The notes under the pieces: model-generated
What the model was told of the DNA's origin: nothing
Databases searched by the model: none
Seen by the model: only the letters and a program-made list of their open reading frames with translations
Translations under genes and position numbers: made by a program
From: a virus
Lineage: Duplodnaviria > Caudoviricetes
Reading direction: 5' to 3' (one strand)
Length of the DNA stretch: 64,000 nt
Virus record (IMG/VR): IMGVR_UViG_2778261398_000002
Location: 1,338-65,337 of that record
Shown here: one piece after another, positions 41,626 through 49,973 of the stretch
Layout: each line of letters begins with the position of its first letter
How positions within the stretch are numbered: the first letter of the stretch is position 1

Positions 41626-42372
41626 ATGAATAATTCAGTAGTGCAGCACCCGCGCCTTGTGAGCGCTCAGAACCGCATGCGCGAAAGCGTGTGGGGGTTG
41701 AAGAAAAAGATCATCGCGTTACCGGCGACGGATCGGGACACTGTTAACCTGCTGATCCGGGTCGACAAGTTCCACGGGTCTCTGATCTGTCGTAGCCTCG
41801 CGGAAAATCAGGACATGCTCGAGGCCTTCGAAAAGGAATACAAAGAGCTCGCTAAGAAGCTCGAACATTCCAGTAGTCAATGGCTGACTGCGTTGTCTTA
41901 CGACTACGGGTCGCCACCCTACATTGAGGAGAAGTCGATGATCAAGGACGAACTCTCGTTCAACATCAAAACGAGCGACCGTACAACCCGTCTTGCACGA
42001 CTGTTCTGCATCCTGCAAGATGACGTCGCAACAGCGCAGTCTATCCTGGCGAATCAGTTGCCCGAGGCCATGGATATACTGCGTGCCAGCAACCACGTCA
42101 AGACCTCGTCTGGCGAGCCTACGGTGCAGCATCGTGCTGTGCGTGCCATCCAGTCCAAGGAGATCATTCCGTGGATCTGTGGGGCTCACAAAGAGCTTGT
42201 TGAGACCGCTGCCAGCATCCTCTACAAGGGTGGCGCTATCGACTGGACAGCGGTGGTCAAGTTGGAAGCACGTGGTATCGATGTCTACCGCGACGACGAG
42301 TCTAACCTGGTCGTGATGATCTGTGGTATCTGTCTCTGTGTGACCCAAGAAGGCAAGTGGCACGTCAAATGA
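41626..42372 (+). CDS. hypothetical protein
   Basis: 248 aa from ATG 41626 (AAGGA RBS); terminator follows. Confidence 0.7.
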   Translation: MNNSVVQHPRLVSAQNRMRESVWGLKKKIIALPATDRDTVNLLIRVDKFHGSLICRSLAENQDMLEAFEKEYKELAKKLEHSSSQWLTALSYDYGSPPYIEEKSMIKDELSFNIKTSDRTTRLARLFCILQDDVATAQSILANQLPEAMDILRASNHVKTSSGEPTVQHRAVRAIQSKEIIPWICGAHKELVETAASILYKGGAIDWTAVVKLEARGIDVYRDDESNLVVMICGICLCVTQEGKWHVK

Positions 42373-42378
42373 TTGAAT

Positions 42379-42424
42379 GGGAGAGAACTTCGGTTCTCTC
42401 CCTTCTTTCTCCTTATTTTTTTTC
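42379..42424 (+). terminator. intrinsic terminator
   Basis: GGGAGAGAAC-TTCG-GTTCTCTCCC then pyrimidine/T tract. Confidence 0.85.
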
Positions 42425-42637
42425 TTGTTTCGGTGTATTTTTTTACTGGGTTGGGGGAACCTATGAGGAGGGGGGCTCTTTATGGGTGGGGAGAGAATCC
42501 CCACCAATTGGAAAACCATTTAAAAGCGATTTTGAAATAGACAGTAGTGGAACACTACCATCCTTATTCCATCGATACTCTGATAACGATCCAATACTCT
42601 GATACCCCTTAGTAAAGTCCATTTAGGAGCAGCAGAC

Positions 42638-43783
42638 ATGTCATCTAAGAAAGATCGTCTCAAGAATCTATTCCTCTCACTAGAGGACGATGCAGAGACC
42701 ATCGAGACACAAGACGCTAACATCCCCAAAGAACCTATTCAACCCCTTGTATTCCTAGGTGGTACTTGTGGGGAATCGACATGGCGTGATGAATTGATCG
42801 AAGGTCTCACGATCCGCTACTTTGATCCGCGTGTTGATATCTGGACCACTGAGAGCCAACAGCAGGAAGAAGACCAGAAGGAGAACGCAGACATCAAACT
42901 GTTTGTGTTGACGCCCAAGCAAGACGGTCTGTTTACTCCGGCTGAGATTGGTGCAGAGGTTACACGATCGCCTGAAACCACCATTGTCACTATCCTCGAT
43001 GAAGACGGTGACGACAAGTGGGACGAACACCAGAACAAGTCCGTTGGAGCCATCCGTAGTCTGGTTGAAGAACACGGTGGTCGTGTGTTTACGTCGGTAA
43101 CTGAGACACGCGATTTCTTGAACGGTCTGACGGTTTCGATGGATAGCTTTAAGCAGAAGGTCTTTAATGGCCTGCGCAAGGTAGCGAACACTGAATCCGA
43201 TGAGAAGGTGTCGATGGAGTCCGAATCAGGCGAAACCATTGGTCTGCTACCCAAGTCAGCCGTTGACGCGTTGTTCAAGGAACTGCCAACCCAGAACACC
43301 AACCCACCGACCTTCAAGGACATTTATAAGGATTCGGTGACCGACCTGATCCGCGTGCGCACCGCAGCCATGGAGGCCGAGGAAGAAGAGGAAGAAGATG
43401 TTCCAGAACCCGAAGACGAGATTGAAGTAGATGACGAGGACCAGGCGGTAGATGGAGAGCCAACCGATAGTTCCGACGACGACGAGTCGGACGAAGAGGA
43501 CGATGAAGTGGAAGAACCAAAAGAAATGTCTGAGTATTCTGGTGCTGAGATTGATACCCTGGTTGCTCTTGTTGAACGGGGGCCTTTGTTTGATGGCGAT
43601 GTGCCTAGCAAACTAGGTCTGGCAGCACTGGTTGAGAAAGGTCTGGCTGCTGAAGTGGTTTCTGAGCAAGAAGCGTATCAGAACGCTGCGACTAACTTGG
43701 GTGCCGCTACTTACGTCAAGTGGTTTGCTGAAGGCAAGACGCTAGCAGAAGCCATCGACGCGCGCGCGATCGATAACAAGTAA
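42638..43783 (+). CDS. multidomain protein with nucleoside 2-deoxyribosyltransferase-like domain and acidic linker
   Basis: VFLGGTCGESTWRDELI...YFDPRVDIW and FTPAEIG are NDT-like; Asp/Glu tract of ~50 aa; SLE and SME sites. Confidence 0.7.
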   Translation: MSSKKDRLKNLFLSLEDDAETIETQDANIPKEPIQPLVFLGGTCGESTWRDELIEGLTIRYFDPRVDIWTTESQQQEEDQKENADIKLFVLTPKQDGLFTPAEIGAEVTRSPETTIVTILDEDGDDKWDEHQNKSVGAIRSLVEEHGGRVFTSVTETRDFLNGLTVSMDSFKQKVFNGLRKVANTESDEKVSMESESGETIGLLPKSAVDALFKELPTQNTNPPTFKDIYKDSVTDLIRVRTAAMEAEEEEEEDVPEPEDEIEVDDEDQAVDGEPTDSSDDDESDEEDDEVEEPKEMSEYSGAEIDTLVALVERGPLFDGDVPSKLGLAALVEKGLAAEVVSEQEAYQNAATNLGAATYVKWFAEGKTLAEAIDARAIDNK

Positions 43784-43791
43784 GCGAAATA

Positions 43792-43818
43792 AAACGGACT
43801 CCATGACGGAGTCCGTTT
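43792..43818 (+). terminator. intrinsic terminator
   Basis: AAACGGACTCC-ATGAC-GGAGTCCGTTT. Confidence 0.8.
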
Positions 43819-43835
43819 CTGCCGATTCAAATATA

Positions 43836-43852
43836 TTTGAAGCATACATCAT
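43836..43852 (+). promoter_or_regulatory. putative early promoter
   Basis: TTTGAAGCATACATCAT. Confidence 0.7.
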
Positions 43853-43906
43853 TGTGGTGACTAGCTGTATATACCCTGTAGTACAACCAACGAAAGGAAT
43901 ATCGAC

Positions 43907-44596
43907 ATGCGCAATCAACACGTAAGTATCGCCCGTTTGCTCACCGAAACCGTAGACGCCAGCCCGATCGACTTCGCAGCAGTGTGCGGCAATGCCACGC
44001 TGATTCCCGAAGAACAAGTCAGTCGTCTGAAGTCGGCGGTTGTAAAGCACGCTCGTGGTCACCGCATTCTTGCGGCTGCTGCGATCTCCACCTGTCGGGA
44101 CTACATGAAAGTGGTCATGGGTCCGGTCATGGATGAGGTCAAGTCCGATTGCTATGTGTTCCACGTTCGCGTGGGCATCGATGCCAATGACCTCCGTGTC
44201 ATCGGCGTGTACGAAGCCAAAGTCGGTATCGACCGCAGCGAGGCCGAAGACTACTGCTATCCGCCCACCAGCGTGTACCGCAAACTGGGTGTGATTGTTG
44301 TACAGGCCACACGCGAGACCGGTAACACAATCGGTTGGAACTGGCGCGCGGTTAACTCACACCATGCCAACCCGCTGTTCGTTCGTACCGACGCCAAGGA
44401 TGTGGTCAAGACGTCGAAGGCAACGCCCACGCTTCGCGATGAACTCGGGACCTTCTTCGAAGACGACCGTCAGTCCGCCCATCGCTCCGCCCAGATCCCC
44501 GGCGCCAGCAGTCAGGTGCATCCGATGAACGACCCGGTCGAAAACATCGTGCCCCAACTGCCACGCAGCTGGCGTGAGAACGATACCGTGGATTAA
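43907..44596 (+). CDS. hypothetical protein (early)
   Basis: 229 aa, AAGGA RBS. Confidence 0.7.
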   Translation: MRNQHVSIARLLTETVDASPIDFAAVCGNATLIPEEQVSRLKSAVVKHARGHRILAAAAISTCRDYMKVVMGPVMDEVKSDCYVFHVRVGIDANDLRVIGVYEAKVGIDRSEAEDYCYPPTSVYRKLGVIVVQATRETGNTIGWNWRAVNSHHANPLFVRTDAKDVVKTSKATPTLRDELGTFFEDDRQSAHRSAQIPGASSQVHPMNDPVENIVPQLPRSWRENDTVD

Positions 44597-45396
44597 AAAC
44601 CACCGCCCACAATCATCGAGAGATGACGCTTCTTGGAAGTACCGTCGTTCAGATACGCTGTTGCGCGCCAGACTTCTTCGAGATGAACTTCGTAGAGCTC
44701 GTTCGCATCGGCGTATTCATCCACCTTGTCCAGAATGGTCCCAACGCTCTGACCGGCGTTGATCTGACCCAAGTCGATCAATACCTTAAGGGTGTTGTGG
44801 ATATAGGCTTTGGTGGCCAAGACAACCAATTTACAGAAAGCATGGTAACTGGCCGGCTTGATGTTGTTCATCTCGCTGTCGTTGGTAAGAATACAACGCA
44901 GCGAAAGATCAAGCGGGAGAGCCAGTGTGTCTCTCACGTAAACCGTGTTCTCTCCAATGAGGTCGACGTAGGCAGAGTTGACCTGAGGTATCGGAGAAAC
45001 CCCGCCGATGATTTGTTCGGCGGCTCCCACCAAGGGAGACTGTTGTGTCGGTGCGAAATACGCCGAGCGCGACAGACCACCGGGTCCGTACCCTACCGAC
45101 AGAGCGGTGGTGATAACCTTACCACCTGTTCTTTCTTTAGGGATTCGGAAGATGGCAGAGTACGGGCTGTCGACCCATTGAGCTGGCAGGCCGGCCAGAG
45201 AGACATTGTCTTGAATGCCGCCAACGAGGTTACAATCAACCAGTACGCGAGAATCGATAACCTTCTGTCTGATTCGGTAGTCGAGCGAAGTTGGTTGAAT
45301 GGCGGCCCAGCGCTCCTGGCGAATAAAAGCCAGCTCTAACAGCTGCACTGGGATAGTGAATCTAACCTCGTCCAGTGCTTTTTGGATAATGTTCAT
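44593..45396 (-). CDS. conserved probable virion protein divergent from phuZ
   Basis: 267 aa from MNIIQKALD; this position next to phuZ is typical of phiKZ-like phages (from recall); function unknown. Confidence 0.65.
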   Translation of the reverse strand: MNIIQKALDEVRFTIPVQLLELAFIRQERWAAIQPTSLDYRIRQKVIDSRVLVDCNLVGGIQDNVSLAGLPAQWVDSPYSAIFRIPKERTGGKVITTALSVGYGPGGLSRSAYFAPTQQSPLVGAAEQIIGGVSPIPQVNSAYVDLIGENTVYVRDTLALPLDLSLRCILTNDSEMNNIKPASYHAFCKLVVLATKAYIHNTLKVLIDLGQINAGQSVGTILDKVDEYADANELYEVHLEEVWRATAYLNDGTSKKRHLSMIVGGGF

Positions 45397-45514
45397 ATGG
45401 AGGTCACCCGGATGTAAGTACCCTGTGTAATTAATTACCGCTCTAACAATGGTATGCTTAAAGCGGTAGCTGCTCATAGATTATCTCGAACCCTCCCCAA
45501 TAAAGGGCATCAAA

Positions 45515-46489
45515 ATGAATCAACTTGGTAAGATCCGAATTTTTGGTTGTGGTGGCGCTGGCATGAACATCGCCTCGCATTTCATCGGTCAGAAGAGCGA
45601 TCCTGGCGCCGCTGAGATCTTCACGTCGTTCATCGACACCTCCCGCAGCAACATGCGCGCCAACATGCCGCCCGAAGATCTGTACGTGATCCCCGAACTC
45701 GATGGCTCTGGCAAGATCCGCAAGGAAAATGCCGAGGTAATCTCCGGTGTTATCAAAGACATCCTCGTTCGTCAAGCCCCACTTGATACCAACCTGGTTA
45801 TCTTCAGCGCAGGCGGCGGTAGTGGTTCTGTCATTGGTCCCCTGATTCTGGCCGAGCTGCTGCGTCGTGATATTCCGGCCATTGCGCTGGTTATCGGTTC
45901 TGATGAATCGGTACTGACCGCAAACAACACCCTGAAGACCCTGGAAACCCTCGACAACATCGCCGGTGAAGCAGATCGACCGGTTGTCATGGTTTACGGT
46001 CACAACCATCGCGGCCAGCGTCGTAGCGTGGTCGACGAAGACATGACCACCACAGTGGCTGCTCTGGCTTTCCTGGCATCGCGTCAGAACGATGGTCTGG
46101 ACTCCAAAGATCTGGAGAACTGGCTGAACTTCAGCAACACGCCAACCTGTCAGGTCGCACCGCAGTTGTCCTTGCTCACGGTGATGTCCGATCCGGCCGA
46201 AATCGAAGACCGCTTCCCTTGTCCGGTATCAATCGCTTCGCTGTACAGTGAAACCGACATGCCTGGTCTGACCGTGGTGTCCGACTACCACTGCGACGGT
46301 TTCATGATCGATGCCAACCCGCGCGTTGATCAACTGCACTTCGTCATCGACGTCGACAGCGTCAGCGAAATCGGTAACAACATTCGCGACACGCTGGCAC
46401 GACAGAAAGAAGTCAGTGCGAGTCGCCCGACCCGCAACCGCCTGTCTAAGGACACCAAGCCATCCAATGGTGGTCTGATCCTGGACTAA
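45515..46489 (+). CDS. phuZ: phage tubulin PhuZ
   Basis: IFGCGGAGMNI, FIDTS, DGSGK and tubulin signature GGGSGS; short C-terminal tail ending GGLILD. Confidence 0.93.
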   Translation: MNQLGKIRIFGCGGAGMNIASHFIGQKSDPGAAEIFTSFIDTSRSNMRANMPPEDLYVIPELDGSGKIRKENAEVISGVIKDILVRQAPLDTNLVIFSAGGGSGSVIGPLILAELLRRDIPAIALVIGSDESVLTANNTLKTLETLDNIAGEADRPVVMVYGHNHRGQRRSVVDEDMTTTVAALAFLASRQNDGLDSKDLENWLNFSNTPTCQVAPQLSLLTVMSDPAEIEDRFPCPVSIASLYSETDMPGLTVVSDYHCDGFMIDANPRVDQLHFVIDVDSVSEIGNNIRDTLARQKEVSASRPTRNRLSKDTKPSNGGLILD

Positions 46490-46512
46490 CACAACAATGA
46501 TAAGGAGTTGGT

Positions 46513-46728
46513 ATGCAGCAGTTTGTCTGTGATAAATGCGGTAACATCGACCTGTTGGATCTCACACATCCACAGAGGAAGGTGGCTGCGCCACTGCCAA
46601 CGCCGTTGTTGTGTGCTGCTTGTTTGCCATGTGGTTGGCACAATCACTTCCCGCAAGAGAAGTACGATTCGACCAAAGACCACGTGGTTAACCGACCAAG
46701 TCCCGGTACCAGTATTTCACTGGGTTAA
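46513..46728 (+). CDS. small Cys-rich putative Zn-binding protein
   Basis: CDKC...CAAC..C.WH; AAGGAG RBS. Confidence 0.7.
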   Translation: MQQFVCDKCGNIDLLDLTHPQRKVAAPLPTPLLCAACLPCGWHNHFPQEKYDSTKDHVVNRPSPGTSISLG

Positions 46729-46737
46729 GGAAGAAAC

Positions 46738-47076
46738 GTGTCAATGAGTAAAACGTTGCTCATTGGGGCGGTCGGAGCCTGCTTGTTAGCCGGTGATTAC
46801 TTCGACTTTGTCGAATCCGGCTATCATGGAGAGGGATCGGTGGACGTTAACCACCAGTCCTTTATGGTGGGAAGGGAGGTGGATGATCTCGATATCACAG
46901 GAGCAGCGGCGCTGATCCCGATCATCAGAGATTATCTCGAGACAGTATGGGCTCACATCTTCCCCCCTAACAACCATCATGTGCCTGGGCAGAGTGTCCC
47001 TATAACCGCGCTGGGTTGGACAGCGTGTGGCGACGGGGCTCTCATGAGATCGCACCCCATATGTAGATTACATTAG
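46738..47076 (+). CDS. hypothetical protein
   Basis: 112 aa, AAGGA RBS. Confidence 0.6.
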   Translation: MSMSKTLLIGAVGACLLAGDYFDFVESGYHGEGSVDVNHQSFMVGREVDDLDITGAAALIPIIRDYLETVWAHIFPPNNHHVPGQSVPITALGWTACGDGALMRSHPICRLH

Positions 47077-47109
47077 ATCAACACGAGCAAAAAAAGGAAC
47101 CGCCAGTAC

Positions 47110-47310
47110 TTGTTGTCAGTAATGACAAATCTCGTAGGTCTGATCTCCTCGACGATGTTTTCGCTGGCACTGTTTTTGATTGGACTCAATCGGTGTGAAG
47201 AACCCGAGTTTGTTCCAGAAGAAAATAGTGTCGTCGAACCTGTTGTCTTGGAAGTCGCCATCGAGTCAGTACCGCATGGCTTCGGGCTATGTATGGGCTG
47301 CCCTTGTTGA
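47110..47310 (+). CDS. possible small membrane protein
   Basis: Hydrophobic N-half and acidic C-half; its 3' end overlaps hairpins of the structured region. Confidence 0.35.
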   Translation: MLSVMTNLVGLISSTMFSLALFLIGLNRCEEPEFVPEENSVVEPVVLEVAIESVPHGFGLCMGCPC

Positions 47311-47500
47311 CACCTTATAGATCTTACAAGGGAACATATCTCAGACATACCGATTAAGTTCGGATTACATGCTCGGATATAGTCCGAGCTAGCAGCACGG
47401 TTGTGACAACGTCACCGCCCCAGGGAAGGTTAGTGAGTTCTAGACATGCGAGGTCTAGTTCCACGCCCACCCCCTGGGCTGGTGGCTATCCACTTTTTTA
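47301..47500 (+). ncRNA. candidate structured ncRNA A
   Basis: No ORF; stems CCCTTGT/ACAAGGG, GCTCGGA/TCCGAGC, GTGAC/GTCAC, CCCAGGG/CCCTGGG, CTAGAC/GTCTAG; ends GTGG-CTAT-CCAC-T6. Confidence 0.5.
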
Positions 47501-47513
47501 TTTGTTCGAGTTT

Positions 47514-47680
47514 CTAATTGTAAAAGTGTAATTATATGGCGAGTTTGCGCAAGCCAAAACGTTCTTTTACAATTAGTGGCTCTACCGAGCAGCACAGGCT
47601 GCATTTTGTGTGCCCTTCTCAAAGGGTTACCGACCTTAGGGTCACCATCTGCATCTAGCCCCGCTTCGGCGGGGCTTTAT
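47514..47680 (+). ncRNA. candidate structured ncRNA B
   Basis: Perfect 13-bp inverted repeat (47514-47526 / 47564-47576), further hairpins, strong terminator AGCCCCGC-TTCG-GCGGGGCT. Confidence 0.45.
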
Positions 47681-47732
47681 GTTCGTTTTTACTTACAAGA
47701 CGGATAATCCGATAAGAACAGGAGAAAAGGAA

Positions 47733-48059
47733 ATGTCTAACGGAATACGCATTATACTGTCCGACAAAGAGCAGAACGACAAACACCTACTTGACATCGT
47801 TGGTTCTGCCCACGCTTGGCCATCGTGGGATATCATGGCTGCCATTGCAGCCGAGAAAGAACCGACTATCTGGATCGTTACCCCGCATGCGGCTAGCGTG
47901 TTCGGCAAGATCAACACCATGTTTAAAGTAACGCGCGGCGTCGCGCTGATTAACGGAGAGTATACAATCTTTGGGTCGGATGGTGAATGGACGGGCAGCC
48001 AGATCAACATTGTACGAAAAAACACTCTAGAGTCCATGCGAGGCTACCGTGAGTATTAA
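47733..48059 (+). CDS. hypothetical protein
   Basis: 108 aa, AAGGA RBS. Confidence 0.65.
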   Translation: MSNGIRIILSDKEQNDKHLLDIVGSAHAWPSWDIMAAIAAEKEPTIWIVTPHAASVFGKINTMFKVTRGVALINGEYTIFGSDGEWTGSQINIVRKNTLESMRGYREY

Positions 48060-48522
48060 CATTTCTATCGTCCAGATCATGAATCCACCAGCTTGGGTTT
48101 CTGAAAACGAGGTCCTCGATATCCTGAAGAAGATCCCCGGTCTACCCAACAAGGAAATTCGAATTGGCCACCGTCTGACTATTAACAAAACCCTGCACAA
48201 CGGCTCCACTGTTAAACACGTCAACTTCCGTCAAGCAGGGGTTGATGCGCCAGTGGTCGTCGTTTTCGCCGACATCAAGGCTTTCGCACGACAGCAGAGG
48301 CTTATAAGCCCCGGCACCACCGGCGAGACAGTTGACAAGTTAGTCGCCAGCACCATGGACTACTGGTGTCGTTCCTTTGGCGTTCCTCTGGATTACGAGG
48401 TTCTTGAGAGCGATGCCTACCTCTACATGAAAGTCAATGTACCCGGTTCGGTATTTGATTCTCGAATTGAAGCTGAATTTGGGAACATGTTCACCCGATC
48501 CACTTGGTCACCAGCGGTATAA
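48049..48522 (+). CDS. hypothetical protein
   Basis: 157 aa overlapping the previous stop. Confidence 0.65.
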   Translation: MSINISIVQIMNPPAWVSENEVLDILKKIPGLPNKEIRIGHRLTINKTLHNGSTVKHVNFRQAGVDAPVVVVFADIKAFARQQRLISPGTTGETVDKLVASTMDYWCRSFGVPLDYEVLESDAYLYMKVNVPGSVFDSRIEAEFGNMFTRSTWSPAV

Positions 48523-48535
48523 GGAAAACGTTCTA

Positions 48536-48925
48536 ATGGTCTATAACGACTCTAAAGCACCCGTTGTTTGCGTGGTGCTTGGTCTTCTGATATTCGCAGG
48601 TGCTCTGCTGTTACTTGCGAACACCAATCCAGCTCACCTTTCCATTATGGATAGTCGAGATTCCGTCGAACGAGATCTGCGCAAGCGGTGTGAACTGATC
48701 GTGGAGATCGAGAAAAAGATGGCCGAGGAAACCACTGGCGTCGGTTCGACGCCCGTTGGATATGACGAGAATCCGTTTCTGACAAACCTGACCACTCGTC
48801 GCATTGAAGCCATCTACGACTACAATAACGTGCTGATGGGCGCCGTTAACGCCGGCTACCCGCCACCCCAGAACTTACCCAAGTTCCTAGATCGATTCTC
48901 ACCGACCACGTGTCGGACACACTGA
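48536..48925 (+). CDS. N-terminally membrane-anchored hypothetical protein
   Basis: VVCVVLGLLIFAGALLLLA TM segment followed by a helical region; AAGGA RBS. Confidence 0.65.
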   Translation: MVYNDSKAPVVCVVLGLLIFAGALLLLANTNPAHLSIMDSRDSVERDLRKRCELIVEIEKKMAEETTGVGSTPVGYDENPFLTNLTTRRIEAIYDYNNVLMGAVNAGYPPPQNLPKFLDRFSPTTCRTH

Positions 48926-48938
48926 CGGAGCCACCGCC

Positions 48939-49283
48939 GTGGAAGAGACCAATCATTTCGATCAATTTCCCTCCATTCTCGAACCACTCGAGCGCTTTCG
49001 ACTTACATTCGAGAGCGACACCTATCATATCCGGGACGACGACGTCGACGGCAAAATCGTCTTTACGGATGGCAATGGGTGTAAGGAGATCAAGTTCAAA
49101 CTCACCGACGGTGTCTTCGGTCCGGAACGGGGACATTTGCTCAACTGGCGTTTCATGGCTCGCCACATCGACCAGATGTTGACGATGCGGGAAACCGACC
49201 GAGACCTGTTAATACTCCGTGTTGCAATTCGAGAACGATGCATGTCTCCCGATGGCGGCAACGCGTTCGTTAACCTTTCTTGA
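48939..49283 (+). CDS. hypothetical protein
   Basis: 114 aa, GTG start with GGAG RBS. Confidence 0.55.
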   Translation: MEETNHFDQFPSILEPLERFRLTFESDTYHIRDDDVDGKIVFTDGNGCKEIKFKLTDGVFGPERGHLLNWRFMARHIDQMLTMRETDRDLLILRVAIRERCMSPDGGNAFVNLS

Positions 49284-49305
49284 ATATCCCACAAGGAACA
49301 CAACC

Positions 49306-49572
49306 ATGGCTACCAAGAATGCTTCCCTGTTCGTAACACTCAGTGAAGAAACCAAACAATTCTCTTCACGCAACTGGTCTACAACGACAATTTCAGCAAT
49401 GCCTGTGGGTGAAGATCAAGTTGTTCTGAGGACGGTGACTGTCATCATGTCCGGTAACCCAGCGACTGATAATTCGATCACCGGGTACGAAGAAAACATG
49501 GTCGTTGTTAAAGACGTGAAAATCGAGGCCGGTCCTTCTGGGACCAAGCGCCTTGTTAGCACTGACAGTTAA
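49306..49572 (+). CDS. hypothetical protein
   Basis: 88 aa, AAGGA RBS. Confidence 0.6.
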   Translation: MATKNASLFVTLSEETKQFSSRNWSTTTISAMPVGEDQVVLRTVTVIMSGNPATDNSITGYEENMVVVKDVKIEAGPSGTKRLVSTDS

Positions 49573-49577
49573 ACTAA

Positions 49578-49594
49578 TTTCAACCCTACATCAC
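49578..49594 (+). promoter_or_regulatory. putative early promoter
   Basis: TTTCAACCCTACATCAC. Confidence 0.7.
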
Positions 49595-49631
49595 TAAGTT
49601 GACTGTCCCACTCACTAGGTTAGTTTAAACG

Positions 49632-49817
49632 ATGTCTACGACCCCTCAGCAGTTTGAAGACCTCGATAGCGCAGTTAATTGGCTGCACGAGAATAACGCA
49701 ACGCACGTCATTCCGGCCGATGCATCGAAGGAACAGGTCATCCACATAGCCAGTCTCTACCGTCACAACTGGGAAGCGTTGTCTTCAGTAACCATTGATT
49801 ACGGTATTCTGGACTAA
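49632..49817 (+). CDS. small hypothetical protein (monocistronic)
   Basis: 61 aa bracketed by its own promoter motif and terminator. Confidence 0.65.
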   Translation: MSTTPQQFEDLDSAVNWLHENNATHVIPADASKEQVIHIASLYRHNWEALSSVTIDYGILD

Positions 49818-49822
49818 CCCAA

Positions 49823-49850
49823 AAAAGAGAGTCCAACCGGACTCTCTTTT
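49823..49850 (+). terminator. intrinsic terminator
   Basis: AAAAGAGAGTCC-AACC-GGACTCTCTTTT. Confidence 0.9.
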
Positions 49851-49973
49851 GTTTATCCTCCCAACAAGGAAATGCAATGTCCAAACACATCATCGAATCG
49901 GGGACCGGGACAACCGCCAACAGCGGATGTTCTTACCAAACGTCGTTAGGATAAAAAAGCAGGAGTAATTTTT

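Noticed and set aside
42357-42602. 81-aa ORF after 42372
   Set aside because: It runs through an intrinsic terminator and homopolymer tracts.
47376-47385. GATATAGTCC resembling the group I intron S element
   Set aside because: No upstream GACTA partner for P7, no interrupted gene, and the bases are explained by the local GCTCGGA/TCCGAGC hairpin.
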